From: Owenia fusiformis
Lineage: Eukaryota
Direction: 5' to 3'
DNA: 64,000 nt
NCBI GenBank assembly: GCA_903813345.2
Contig: CAIIXF020000001.1
Span: 40,176,001-40,240,000 of the forward strand
Within the stretch, counting starts at the first letter, position 1, and each line of letters begins with the position of its first letter. A program made the translations under genes and the position numbers. This document shows, piece by piece, positions 1 to 12,280 of this stretch. A model generated the notes under the pieces. The model had not been told where the DNA came from and did not search any database. It was given only the letters and a program-made list of their open reading frames with translations.

Positions 1-142
1 AGTAGCAATACAGATTGGTACAGCACAAGAACTGACAAATCAGAGGGCTTCGTTTTACAGATCATACAATAAAAAAAGTATACTATTTAGCTCTCTCCAG
101 CTTTTCAAAATTACCAAACCATGCATCGTCTTCTATATTTAG

Positions 143-1563
143 GAGACTCACTCTGTTGGCAGTGCAAGCTGTGAGGTATGTCACATGGTACGTGCTGGTG
201 TAGGTCTGTGGGTGAGCATGAAGGGAGAGTCTGTGCTACGTCTCTACCACCTGGAGACTTTCCAGCATCTCCAGGATATTAACATTGCATCTGCAGTACA
301 CAGGGTCATCTCAGGTAGGCATCAACATTGGTGTTATACTCAGTTAGGAGCTAATAGCCGAATTGTGTAATATTTATGTACAGTTTTGCGTTCTTTTACA
401 TACAGAATCAGAGTGTGACATAAGTTCCAGTCAAGGGTTCCATCTGATTTTTTCAGCATTTGTGATAGAATAACGTGGCAATGGGTTCAGTTTGTAGGTC
501 TAGCATATTCTGGGGGTCATTAACAGATACTTCGTAATGTTACGAATTCGCAAATCAATTGTTGTAACCATGGACATAATGAAGTCACAATGGACTTCAG
601 GAATTTAGAAGTTTCTGTTAATGGCCTCTTGATCAAGATACTGATCACCTGATAAACATGTATTGTAACTTTATGCCAAGGATTGTGTAATAGAAATCTT
701 GCTCATTATTGTTTGTAGGTCAAGAACAGGGGAATGAGCCAACAGATCTCGGTGTGACATCATTACTCTCTAGTCGTGGTTTACTTTGGATTGGTACCAG
801 TTGTGGCCTCATCCTAACCCTCCCCCTGCCCCGTCTCGAGGGGGTTCCTCTCATAAGTGGACGACCAAACGTGTCACTTCATGGACATTGCAGTAGTGTA
901 GTTTTCTTAGCACCAATTTATTGTGGTGTAATTCATGATTATTTCCCGCTCAAACAAGAACCTGTTGAGGATCTTGAGGAAGATATTTCTTATGAAAAAG
1001 GACCTGATGAATCTCCATGTGAAACTGTAAGCAATGTGGACACAAGATGTTTGACACTATCAGACAATGCCATATTGGATTCACGAACAGATTTATCAAA
1101 TGATATAAGCACACATGCCGCAGTGAGGTCCCGTTCCTTGCCACACTTACTTAATGTGGAGGATGAAGTTAGCACCTTATATGGCTGTCTAATGCAAAAT
1201 GACATTGTAATAAATGCAATGCAACGATACTCTGTCCCTACAGGGCCTAGTGGCACCATGCTTGATGGACATAAATCCACAATAGGTGGCAGCACTAAAC
1301 ATTCCTCAATTATGGAAGAGTGTCCAATATATGAAGGCCAGGAAGAGGAGGAACACACTCCAGGGCAGAAACCAATCAGTCGTTCTGTCAGTAGGAGAAC
1401 TGTTAAGGGAGATATTCTGCCAGGGGGTGTATCGTCAAAGCTAGCTCTAGCCAAGTCTGTTGTGATTGTGAGTGGTGGAGATGGTCATGTAAATTGGAAT
1501 ACCAATACAGATGTCAGGTATGAGGATATCTTACTGCTCATGTGGCAGTTTAAACAAGGCTAA
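143..1563 (+). CDS. ARHGEF10: Rho guanine nucleotide exchange factor 10-like, last two coding exons (C-terminal WD40-like region); gene starts upstream of the window
   Basis: Exons 143-314 (tttag|GAG ... TCAG|gtagg) and 719-1563 (ttgtag|GT) join in phase 1. Motifs GVGLWVSMKGESVLRLYHLETFQHLQDINIA, LLWIGTSCGLILTLPLPRLEGVP, VSLHGH, VSGGDGH and terminal LLLMWQ match the ARHGEF10/10L C-terminus as recalled. Confidence 0.85.
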
Positions 1564-1696
1564 GAGATTTCATTATGAACATTGGAAGTTACAAGTGCCT
1601 TTATTAGCTGACTATGTATATTTAACAATCAACTCGACATTACATATGGGTTTGCCTAAGGTAAAGCAAGAAAAGTGACCTATTATTACATGTTAA

Positions 1697-1992
1697 GCAA
1701 TGATATTGCATTGTTTTGCAATGACATTGCTTTGTTTTGCAATGACATTACCTTGTTTTGCAATGATATTGCCTCGTTTTGCAATGACATTGCTTTGTTT
1801 TGCAATGATATTGCCTTGTTTTGCAATGACACCGCCTGGTTTTGCAATGACATTGCCTTGTTTAGCAATGATACTGCCTTGTTTAGCAATGATATTGCCT
1901 TGTTTTGCAATGACATTGCCTTATTTTGCAATGACATTGCCTTGTTTAGCAATGATATTGCCTTGTTTAGCAGTGATATTGCCTTGTTTTAC
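1697..1992. repeat. 21-bp minisatellite (GCAATGAYATTGCCTTGTTTT), ~14 copies, in the ARHGEF10-like 3' UTR
   Basis: Directly visible tandem units; they generate the repetitive ORFs 1675-2004, 1686-1952 and 1700-2023. Confidence 0.95.
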
Positions 1993-2221
1993 TGGTTATA
2001 TTAGCAAAAGTGTTGCAGTGTAACATGAATTATACATCAGTGCCTTATTCAGTCTTTTCTATAAAAAACAGTGCCTTATTTAGAAGTTTTACCAGCTTGA
2101 ACAATACAATAAACCCGTCCATTTGTGAATACCTTGGAATGTGATCACTTGTTAGTGCCTTTAAATATAATGTAAACACCTACTGCTGTGAAAACCCAAG
2201 TCCCAGAGGTGTTTACTATAG

Positions 2222-2560
2222 AAAGGTCTTATTGTACAATTGTCATATAAGGTAACTATGAGATGCAGTATAGGTCTTATTTTGTAATCGGTTTGATATT
2301 TTAAAGTAGATGCAATACCTTATATGGTATTTAAAAGACAGGTTTATTGTACAAGTGCCATATATGGTATAATGAGAAGCAATAAAAGTCCTATATTGTA
2401 GTTGGTTTTATATTTTAAAGAAAGTGCAATACCTTATATGGTATTTAAAAGACAGGTTTCATTGTAGAAGTGCCATATAAGGTAATTATAAGATGCAATA
2501 TAAGTCTTATATTGTAGTTTGTTTTATATTTCAAAGTAAATGCAATATGGTAATCAAAAG
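2222..2560. repeat. Diverged ~115-bp tandem repeat, ~3 copies
   Basis: Recurrent ATTGTA..TGCCATATAAGGTAA..GATGCAATA..TATATTTTAAAG..TGCAATACCTTATATGGTATTTAAAAGACAGG. Confidence 0.75.
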
Positions 2561-4487
2561 TGCTGTACCCTGTCTCGCAGTTACAGTTAACAAACTACAT
2601 CCTGGCAAGGACAAAATAGAGTAATATATTGTTCAAATGTGCAGTGCATGTATGTGAAATATTTGGTATTACATAATAATGTTGCAACATTATATAACAT
2701 ATGTACATATATATAAATATGTATATTTCTGTCTAGTATGCAGTAATTTTTTTTTTTAATTAGGAATACTGTGTAGTTAGACTACTTTACATTCCATAGA
2801 TATTTTAGGTAAATGTACACAGTCACCCCAGTTACAGATTCTTTTATCATTTATCATAGATACATGTTTATACTCCAATGGTAGAATACTTATTCTTACT
2901 TAAAGAATGCACCAACACCAGAGGCTGCATCAACTTCAAGTACAGCAAGTACTGTCAAGTGGAATACATTTGCATGTCAAACATTTTATAAAGCTTGTAC
3001 AGTATGTGGCCTATTGATATAATGTTAAATGAACCTATCTAAGCAGAACCAAAGGCTTATATAGGTATTCCTGTATTACTGTAATCTAGAAGTTTTGTGT
3101 TCTTGGAACAAAACTTGTAAACTAGTTCCTGGGACAGAAATATCATGGATCATTTTTTCAAACTTGTCCCATGAAGCGTTCAAGTTAATGTAAAAATGTG
3201 AAAATATTTGAACCCACAACCCTGATATATTTTATTCCTAAAAAATTAAAAACTACTTTGTTGTATCCTTGAATGAGTGATTAGCTCTTTAACAATCATA
3301 ATCCACTTGACCAATTTTATCAATTTCAAAGATGAAAGAAGTTATTTAAAATGGAACTTAATATAATTCTATCTAGGGTACATTGTATTTCTGTTGCCAA
3401 ATCAAATAAATCATTTTTAAAATTTATTATTATGTATAGTATTAATGTACGTATAGTGTTTATTTAGGAAAGATTATCCAAGAACAGTATTTTGTTAATC
3501 ATACAGTCTATTTTTATTGTTGTTGTTTAAGTTGCTAAAGGAAGTGCAATAACAGTAAGTGTTATGATTTATGGAACTGGAAAACTTCCTGTTATCAGAT
3601 AGATTATTTTAAGTTGCCATATTTTACATATTTGGCCATAAGAAGTAGATCTTTGTTTTGCGTCCCCTTCCTTGCACACTGAGAAAATCAGCAAAAACAA
3701 ACACATCCAAATAGCAATCACAAGGGTTTGAAAGTAGCATTGCATTTCTTCAATCAGAATCAGACGAAATGGCGGGTAATTTGATATGCGTCAAAATTGA
3801 CAGTGTTGTTGATTACTTTGGCATACATTGTGTATGAATAATAGCTATGTTTAAATATATTGTATAAAATCTATAGGCCTAGATATGTGTTTGTAATCAC
3901 TGCAAATTGGTATGTCATCCCTTTCTATACCCATACATTTCTCCGCAAACAAGTTTGTGTTTTTCTTGAGTTTGTGTTTGTTTTCCTTGTACCCTTGCAT
4001 GATTTGGATTTTTCCAGGACGCAAAACAAAGAATCTACTTCTTATGGCCTTAATCATAAATCCATGAAATGTGATGCGTCATGATACCAAAGATGTTCTT
4101 TGGTGTTCCAAAACCAGTCCATAGATGCAGCTTATAAGAGTTACACATACTCAGTTTTTAACATTGTCCTATCAGAATAATTTTTGTAAAATTGAGAAAT
4201 CTCAGAAGTCGAAAATCAAAATTAGATATCTGTAATTTCAAAAGTATCCAAGTGTTAAGTGTTGGATTCAAATTGTATTTTGAAATTTTGATAAGGTAGG
4301 ATTTGACACTGAAAATTGGGCTGTTGAGAAGAGATGTTTTAAGACAAGGGAATGTCATAAAAAGAAAGGAATTGAATTAGAGGAAGAAATTGTAAATAAT
4401 TCAATTATTTCAAAAATAGCATTTAGGACATTTTCGCTATCCTCCGACTATTTAGGTGCATATCAAATCTAGGTCTAATTACATTAT

Positions 4488-4692
4488 TTGTGGGACTAGT
4501 TACCTAAAAAAAATTGGGACTTGTTACCTAACTTATTTTTGCGACTTGTAACCTTACTTATTTTTGGAACTTGTTACCTAACTTATTTTTGGACTTGTTA
4601 CCTAACTTATTTTTGGGACTTGTTACCTAACTTATTTTTGGGACTTGTTACCTAACTTATTTTTGGGACTTGTTACCTAACTTATTTTTGGG
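4488..4692. repeat. ~24-25-bp minisatellite (GGGACTTGTTACCTAACTTATTTTT), ~8 copies
   Basis: Directly visible tandem units. Confidence 0.95.
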
Positions 4693-5849
4693 GCTATTTT
4701 TAACATTGAATGATTTGCGATTTGCGATCTCCCATAAATGAATGTGAATTTATATTTACAGATATACTGATAATGTACATACATTTAGTCATTTAATGTA
4801 TATATTATAACATGCTGTGATTTATCTGAACTGCCATTATATGCTAAGACTACTGAGCTCTTGAACACTGTACCTGCGATAGCCTTGCATAAGCCATTTT
4901 ATTTTTATTTTTTGTCACTAAAAGATCAAGATAAGTAAATGATTATACCGACTTAGGCGAGGCTATATAATTAGAATGAATCTATTGATATTGATTAGAG
5001 ATATTCCAGTTTATATATTATTATTATTTTATACTATATTTACTATTATTTAGTATTTACATAGGTTGCATAGTCTGGAGGTGATTGGTGATATTTTGAT
5101 AGTTACTTATAGTACATGTGTTATAGTGAGTCAATTTTCTAAGATTCTATTACTGTAATTGTATAAAACATGGAGACAGTTAAAATAGAAATATAAATAT
5201 TTCAAGATGTGTGAATTTCATGAGAATTTTGTGAATTTCTGAATTTATAAAGAAAAATGACTTTCTGACACAGATTGACCCAATTCAGCCCCCGTGCCCT
5301 CCAAGACAAAACAACACAATAATGGTACAGTGGAGTCCAGATGAAATAAAATAAAGTCGCAAGAGTTTTAACTTTGTAATCAAAGCAAAAAGGGAAATAT
5401 GTGCTCAATTCATTCCCTGAGACTGACATTAATTGCTCATAAATGTTTGATCAAACGAGCTTAGACTAACATACCTTAAAGGGCTAATAGCTCTTATCAT
5501 CATCATCGCCATCATGATCGTGGAAAATATTAATAATGAATGATTTGCAACTTGCACAATGGGTAAGACTGGAAATAAATCTTCTTTTGTGAAAATATCA
5601 AAGTATTTAATTCCAATTCTCTGCAAGGTCTATTGATAATTGTATTTGCAAATCATTATAAATTGAAAATATCTAAAATGAGAATAGTTTATAATATTAA
5701 AAAATCTCATTATTTATAATGTAAATTAAAGAATTCATATTCTGTATCTTATTTCTTTGTATTTTAATTCATGAACTTGTCCTTCATCAACTCCTCATGA
5801 CCCATCCCCGCTTCGTGCCCAAGTCAATATTTTAGTATGTGTTATTCCT

Positions 5850-5980
5850 GTGTCACTATCATTATCAAAAAGGGGTGGCATGTTGTTATAGTCTCCAACT
5901 TTTGATGGACGGTGGTTTGTGTTCGGCGTTTGTAACAAATGGCTAGTGGTGACATTTTGCATATTATGCCTTGTTTTGAA
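5850..5980 (+). mobile_element. Short degenerate copy of Helentron/HINE-like family A (no central array)
   Basis: Shares TGTTATAGTCTCC, GGCGT..TGTAACAA and GTGGTGACATTTT...ATGCCTTGTTTT with the copies at 17275, 26935 and 41195. Confidence 0.7.
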
Positions 5981-6842
5981 AATTGTCCCTCACTCTAAAC
6001 ATACTCCACATCAGTTTCAGGCATGGTATATCTTAGCAATTTATAATCAGAGATTATAAAAAAGGAACTCATTGGTATAAATAAACTTATGGGAACCCCA
6101 GTCATTTCTGACATAGCCAAGGACTGTACCAGGGACATCGACATAACATGAACCGGATTGGAAATCCATGTACAACAGGTATATTGCATTTGACTCACTA
6201 ATCTTGCTGAAAGGGACAGATTGATGGATTTACGACTTGCCCGTATACGTGTCGTCTATACGTAAACTGTTGCATCGTTCTCCATATTGCAGTTTCGAGA
6301 CGCACGGCAAGACAGCAAGTCTTACGTCTAAAATCAGGTAACATGATTAATTTAAGATTTCGTAATTATATTACATAAATTCATTTGTGTGATTGTCACA
6401 AGCAATTAAAATTACAATCCGTATTTTTGAATTTAATAGTGGTTTGAGACAAAGGTATTTACTTTACATCAATGTTCATTTTCTGAACCATGTAGATTTC
6501 TGAACTTCGCGTTCTAAATTGTTTTAGGAATTTATGTTCGTCTCGGGGTAAGGCAACAACGATACATTAATTCACAACGCTTCAGTTTGTGTTGTATAAG
6601 ATAGACTTATTGTAAAATATTATATTTCCAGATTGACTACTGCCTATTAAAGTTGCTATCAGAGCGAAAAGGTAATTTCATTTTATCCATTTCCCAAATT
6701 CTTACCTGTAATTGCGTGAATGACTTATCAAAAAAGGAGATCGTGAAAAACCTAGTTTTAAAAGGTTGTTTGTTATTATGTACTGACTACTGATCATGAT
6801 CAACATATACACGTATTGGGAGATTTGTGGGAAAACGATTGT

Positions 6843-6952
6843 ATCTAGCCTTGCCCAAGTGGGTATTTTTTACTAATCTGATCTTGAATTATTACCGCCG
6901 GTCATAATAGAAATCAAGATAAGTAAAAGAGACCGACTTGGGCAAGGCTAGA
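6843..6952. mobile_element. Palindromic (hairpin) MITE-like element; degenerate relative at ~4880-4965
   Basis: TCTAGCCTTGCCCAAGT...ACTTGGGCAAGGCTAGA arms; ATCAAGATAAGTAAA..CCGACTT.GGC.AGGCTA is shared with 4925-4965. Confidence 0.65.
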
Positions 6953-7303
6953 TTGTATCACACCAAATCTGTTCACTTCATGTAATAAATATATAGATGT
7001 TAACCGGAGAGGTTATTATTTTGTAATGTTAAGAATTTATAAGTACATTATTCTCTTACTCTGACTTTTTAGTCCATTATTCTCTTACTTTGACCTCCTT
7101 ATATTATCCACGGTGAAAACAATAGTATTCTTAACTTAATGAGGTTTCTATTAATGAACGCCAAAAAGTTTGAAATTTGTTGCAAATCGATGACGTTATC
7201 CTTTCACCATCTTGCCTCAATACCCTATGTTGATTAGATGTCAGGTCTACAGTCTTAAAGGTAGACTAGCAATACGCAATAGTTCTTTTAATATTTCAGG
7301 CAA

Positions 7304-8571
7304 ATGAGGTGTCTTGGCTTGATCGTACTGGCCATAATTGGCCAGGCTTATGGCCAGGGTATGTATAAACCAAGAATATTTATCAACTGTATAAAAATTC
7401 TTGGAAAAAATGTTCGTCTTTCTATGTCTGTGATTTGTCCCATGTGGCGTCTTTGTATGAATGGGTTGTACTTTGAGAAACATCATTTAAAAATAAAATA
7501 AATGAAAAATAAATGCCGAATTTTATTTCTGAAAAAAACGTTTAGGCCAATTGAAAATAAAATGATATTCAAAGTACATGTTTGCGTGCGATACTGTGAG
7601 CCAACAACATAATATATTTATATTAAACTTCTATCTCGTTAACTTGATAATTGATCATATTTGATCTAAGATGGAAGTTTTTCTATATTACATGTATAAC
7701 GAAACAACATCTATTCCAGCTATATTAGTTTTAAATTATGAATTTGTTTGTTTGGAATTACTCTAGCAAAGTCTAAAGATTTAACTGGGTCATTGGTTGA
7801 ATTTTTGTTGTTTTTAATAAATTAGATTCATAGCTAAATTGATAAGAATCTGAAAGCATTTATTTTGGAAATGGTAGAATAGTAGTACGAAGCATTTTTA
7901 TTTTTTTGGGTGGATTGAAAATATAGTAGATTGATTTCTTTGCATTTTTCAATCGCGTCTTTCGTATCTGAATCATAGTTTCGTTGGTTGTAGCCTTAGA
8001 TTCAGAATAATCTAACATGAGAAAATCTTCCTTGAACAAAATTAGCATTTGGTGAGCTGGTGAATAGCTTGAAGGGTTTGGTAAGACCCTTGGTGGTGGT
8101 CCTGGCACAAACCCTGTGACACTGAGACCGTCTCGGATAAGTGAGAGTTAATCGTTTCTGCAACACTCTGGCACCCTCTGGTACCCTCATCCTGGTACAT
8201 GTGCAACTCTGAGACGATCGTCAAGCACTTGTCTGATATCAGGTGTATCATATATAGCAGGTACTTGGAAGTAATTCTTGAAGTATAATATAATTACATT
8301 TAGGGGCATCTGATTCTGATTGCGACCGTTACGTAGCTTTATTTGTGTCAAAACTGAACTATTAAAGGGTAATTTTAAACACTAGCACTATACATATTCA
8401 ATTATTCTCATTTTTCATTAAATAAAATGCATTCCGTGACTCTCATTTCAGTATGGCTGTTTCCATAGGAGTGACGTTGGGACAGCGCAAGAAATCTTCT
8501 TCAGGTTCTTGGCCTATGAACTTGAACTGCCACTTAGTGAGACTCGCAAATACCACAAGCTCACAACCTAA
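7304..8571 (+). pseudogene. Small spliced gene for a putative secreted Cys/Trp-containing protein, interrupted (pseudogene, or in-frame TGA)
   Basis: Signal-peptide exon 7300-7358 (MRCLGLIVLAIIGQAYGQ|gtatgt); coding-like middle exon ending 8270 (GAA|gtaatt); last exon 8452-8571 (YGCFHRSDVG...HKLTT*); AATAAA at ~8621; candidate 5' UTR exons at ~6240-6338 and 6632-6671. The middle exon contains a stop in every frame. Confidence 0.5.
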
Positions 8572-8834
8572 AATGAAGGACATCATCATCTTCATGTTAA
8601 TTTGTCTTAAATAATTGATCAATAAAACATGTAAAAACAGACATTTTCCTGTTCTCTCTTAAGTTGCGATCTTGAAAGTCAACGACTACATATTATAGGC
8701 CTACATGTTACCCCAGGGGAAAAAATTTGCCTCAGATAATGATACTTTTATAACTGTCTGTGTCTCATGGATGGGCATTGCGGTTCAAATCTAGAACTTT
8801 AAACCTATAATACTAATAAATATATATATCGATA

Positions 8835-9002
8835 TAGGGTGTCCCAAAATTGTACCCAAATGAGACGTGAACAGAAATAACTTTTCTTTGTCGAAAAGGG
8901 CGAATTAGGCTGAACTTTTCCGTTGATCGTAGAAAATTAATTTTTCAATAAGTAGTTATCATCATGCCTTGTTTAGCCGAGTACAATTTTTGGGACACCC
9001 TG
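8835..9002. mobile_element. Tc1/mariner-type MITE (168 bp), TA target duplication
   Basis: TIR (T)AGGGTGTCCCAAAA-TTGTAC ... GTACAATTTTTGGGACACCCTG flanked by TA on both sides. Confidence 0.85.
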
Positions 9003-9657
9003 TATTTTACTACAAACAAAGTTCTTTAACCGTTTAGATGTATCGAACGTGTCTGACATCTATATTAGAACTTAAGGTTACCAAATTCCCCATAGTACCC
9101 CCAGTGACAGGCTCGATCTAAGTTGGCAGGTACGGGTTTTGCTCCGGGATAAATAATGAAGTTGTCTCTCTATGTAGGTCATCAACAGTAACTATCAACT
9201 CTTTCCTTGAGAAAGTATATAGTCCTCATAAAATAACTCAGGGCTGGTCAGGTTTTCATCATTACCAACAAAAAAGACAATATTTTGGCTAATCAGATCA
9301 GATTGTCACATTTTTAGGTCAAATGTACCAGAATGTAACAAATTGTGTTCAATTATGATTTGAAACTGTTCATAAACTTTTTGTATCTTTTTAAAACGTT
9401 TTCAATATTTGCACTAGTTATTGCAGTGTATACTGTCATGGGCGTAGCCGGGGAGGGGGGGGGGGGTTCGATCCCCGGTTCGATCGCCCCCACCCCCACA
9501 AAAAAGAAAGGTAATTTTGACACCCTGTTTAATAGTAGTACGCATTTACCAAAAGGCTATTAGAAGACATTTAGACAAACCACATATTGCTGCAGTGAGT
9601 CCTATCAATCTGTGAGTGCTTGTGGCAATTTGGTAAACTGTGCATGTTTTAGTAATA

Positions 9658-10581
9658 CAGGGTGTCTCAACAAAAAGGAATTTCTAATTTCTCAAAAATG
9701 AATAATGATAGGGACCATTCGCATGTACCATCATTTGCATCCTTCTTCAAAGGACTTCACTTATGCTTAAATTCATATATACTTGTAAAATACCCTTGCA
9801 GCAAGGATGCATCATTTGCGTCATTGCCCTCTTTCATATGGTATCAAGATTTTCTATTTTCCCCCACAGATGACTGAGCAATATGATCTTTAGGTAACCA
9901 TGTCAGAAATGGGTTTGTGCCACTTTCAGCCAACTCAATTCACGATCATAACATAGTGATAAGTAACAACAAACATCAGGATTACTCTTTTACTCATTTA
10001 TTCCAATTAAAGTTACACATATCATAATGATATTTAACACCCCTTTCCAATCCGAATGTCCATTCAAAGTTGTTTTAAACCCAGTGTCCTTCAACATGAG
10101 TCATGACCCCCATTCCTTTCAATGCAAATGTCTGCCCAAGATCTCATCGCACATACTGCATCCCTGATGATGGTTATCTGTCCCCTAAGATCCTCCACTG
10201 CTGCAACAATCCTGGGTCTTAGATCATAACGCCTCTTGGTGATGCTGCGTCGACTTTATCCTTGAGATAACCCCAAAGGAAGAAGTCACAGGGTGCAAAA
10301 CCATCCTGGCATAACCGTTTTAATCCCCCATTGTCCAGTCATTCATGAAAGAAAAAGTGGCACAACCCCATTTCTGACATGGTCACTTAAATCCCTTAAA
10401 GCTCAGTCATCTGTGAAGGAAAATAGACAACTTTGCAGAGGACATCATCCTAACCTATCAGACATTCGAGCTGTGAAATGTTCCTAAATTATTATTCCCA
10501 GACACTCGAGCTGTGAAATGTTCCTAAATTATTATTCCCATTTGAGGAATAAGCAATTAAATCCTTTTTTGAGACATCCTG
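9658..10581 (-). mobile_element. Internally deleted Tc1/mariner DNA transposon with transposase C-terminal remnant
   Basis: TIRs CAGGGTGTCTCAA..AAAAGGA / TCCTTTTTTGAGACATCCTG. Minus strand ~10250-10297 encodes APCDFFLWGYLKDKV, resembling the SPDL.P.DFFLWGYLK motif of Tc1/mariner transposases, then frameshifts. Internal 40-bp duplication at 10459-10540. Confidence 0.85.
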
Positions 10582-10869
10582 TGTATCACTGAGGTTGATT
10601 GTACACCTTCTATGGGGTAATGTTGTGTAAAGGGGTAGGATGTCCTATCAAATTATGGTCCTACTCTCCATTGATTCATATGGTGACCTAAATACAACTC
10701 TTTCCTCCATTCTCTTATACGCAATCAGGGTCAGTAAGGGCCGTTAAGAAAGGGGACCATAATCCCTGAGGGACCATCATTTCTTTCACACCGGGAATAA
10801 AAATCTTTAATTCTACCTGCCCGGGATTTAATTTAGTCGTTTTTCGTTTAGTGTAACACCTGACATATA

Positions 10870-10882
10870 GTAGATGGCGCTG
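10870..10882 (+). promoter_or_regulatory. Candidate promoter element (AGATGGCGC, YY1-like) in a CpG-richer patch upstream of the zinc-finger gene
   Basis: Motif TAGATGGCGC plus local CpG enrichment ~1.4 kb upstream of the first coding exon. Function is an inference. Confidence 0.3.
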
Positions 10883-11209
10883 CAATCGGTGAGAAAATGT
10901 TTTATTTCCAGTTTCAATGTTTCCTTTTGTCGAATTGTTAGTGCATTGCATCATTTGTTTCATCGTTGTGGTTTGTTGTTGATTATATATTGTTTTTCTC
11001 AGTAGCGATTGAAATACCGAAGATTCAACATCGCGAGAGATTTTGTACTTTTCTAGATTTTCCAAATTATTTTCACATCAGATGAAATCATGATGATGAT
11101 CTCTTGAGTCTGATCTATGATTTGTCATCAAGAGAGACCCTATCTGTTGCAAGACTTACGCCTGGCACATCTGTCACCATGTTATTAAGTGTTTTTAAGT
11201 TTCGCAAGG

Positions 11210-11505
11210 ATCCTGCCATGACCGTGGTAGTGTTATCGTTATAGCCTGATATAACTGTGACAATGCTATATTATATTGCATGGCCTGTCATGACTGTCAC
11301 GTGTGGTAATGTTAAAGGAAGCCTGATGTGACCATAACAATGCTATATTATATTGCATGACCTGTCATGACCGTGGTAAATGCTATACTGCAAGGCCTGA
11401 CATGACCGTGGTCTGTGGTAATGTTAAAGCCTGATATGACCGTGACAATGGTTGCAAGGCCTGTCATGACCATGGTAATGTTGAAGCCTGATATGACCGT
11501 GACAT
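11210..11505. repeat. Imperfect tandem repeat built on CATGACCGTGGTAATG / AAGCCTGATATGACCGTGACAATG
   Basis: About 10 diverged ~30-bp units visible. Confidence 0.75.
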
Positions 11506-12280
11506 ATCAGCCTAAATTTATTTACTGAATGAAACATGACAATGCTAGGAACTGCCTGTTATTGACATTTCAAGCTGATGCTAAATTACACCTAGGTGTC
11601 CCCAGGGGGCACCTGGATTTATACAGTCATCTTGCACCCTGTAATCAACGAAAGAGTTGGTCTGGTTTCCAAATCATCAATCATCAAGCTTGACATTAAT
11701 CATATACTAAAAATATTTTTTGTCAAAAACTATTGCAAAGAAGGTTAGAAAATGAATAAGCGAAGAGTTGGCACCTAGGTGTACTCTAACAGAACCCCTT
11801 ATTTCCTCGTTTTTGTGATATTTCACACAAGAAGTGGCGCCTCGCCATTAAAGAATTTTGAAATATCCAACTCTATCTAACATCTCAGAGTACACCAGTC
11901 ATAAGGAAAGCAAACCCCAACTATCCCAACTAGATATTGATGACTGATAAAAAAAAGTTAAAAAAATCTCAAATCATATTCCAATATGAAAAGAAATTGT
12001 CCAGTTCCCTCTGCCATTCAAGTACCAATATCGCAATACCAAGACCATGGATATTTCCTTCAGACTAAGTTATTACAATACAATTGCATATCAAGTCAAG
12101 ACAGTTTTTATACATAAATTTAATTGTGAGCATTTGTATTAGAAGTTTTGCTATTATGCTAATCTGAGTTATGTAAGATTATAACAAAAGTGTTTTTCCT
12201 GGTTTGTTTAAAACAGTTCTTTTTATTTGCAGGAGTGAACCATACAGCATTCTCTAAAGGTAGTGTAAACCGGCGATGCC

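Noticed and set aside
1675..2023. Repetitive ORFs (FCNDIAL)n and overlapping frames
   Set aside because: Translation artefacts of the 21-bp minisatellite downstream of the ARHGEF10-like stop.
8572..8640. SECIS element after the orphan gene (ATGAAGGACA...TGTCTT)
   Set aside because: No properly placed 3' GA of the non-Watson-Crick quartet and no clear apical AA; not supportable by eye.
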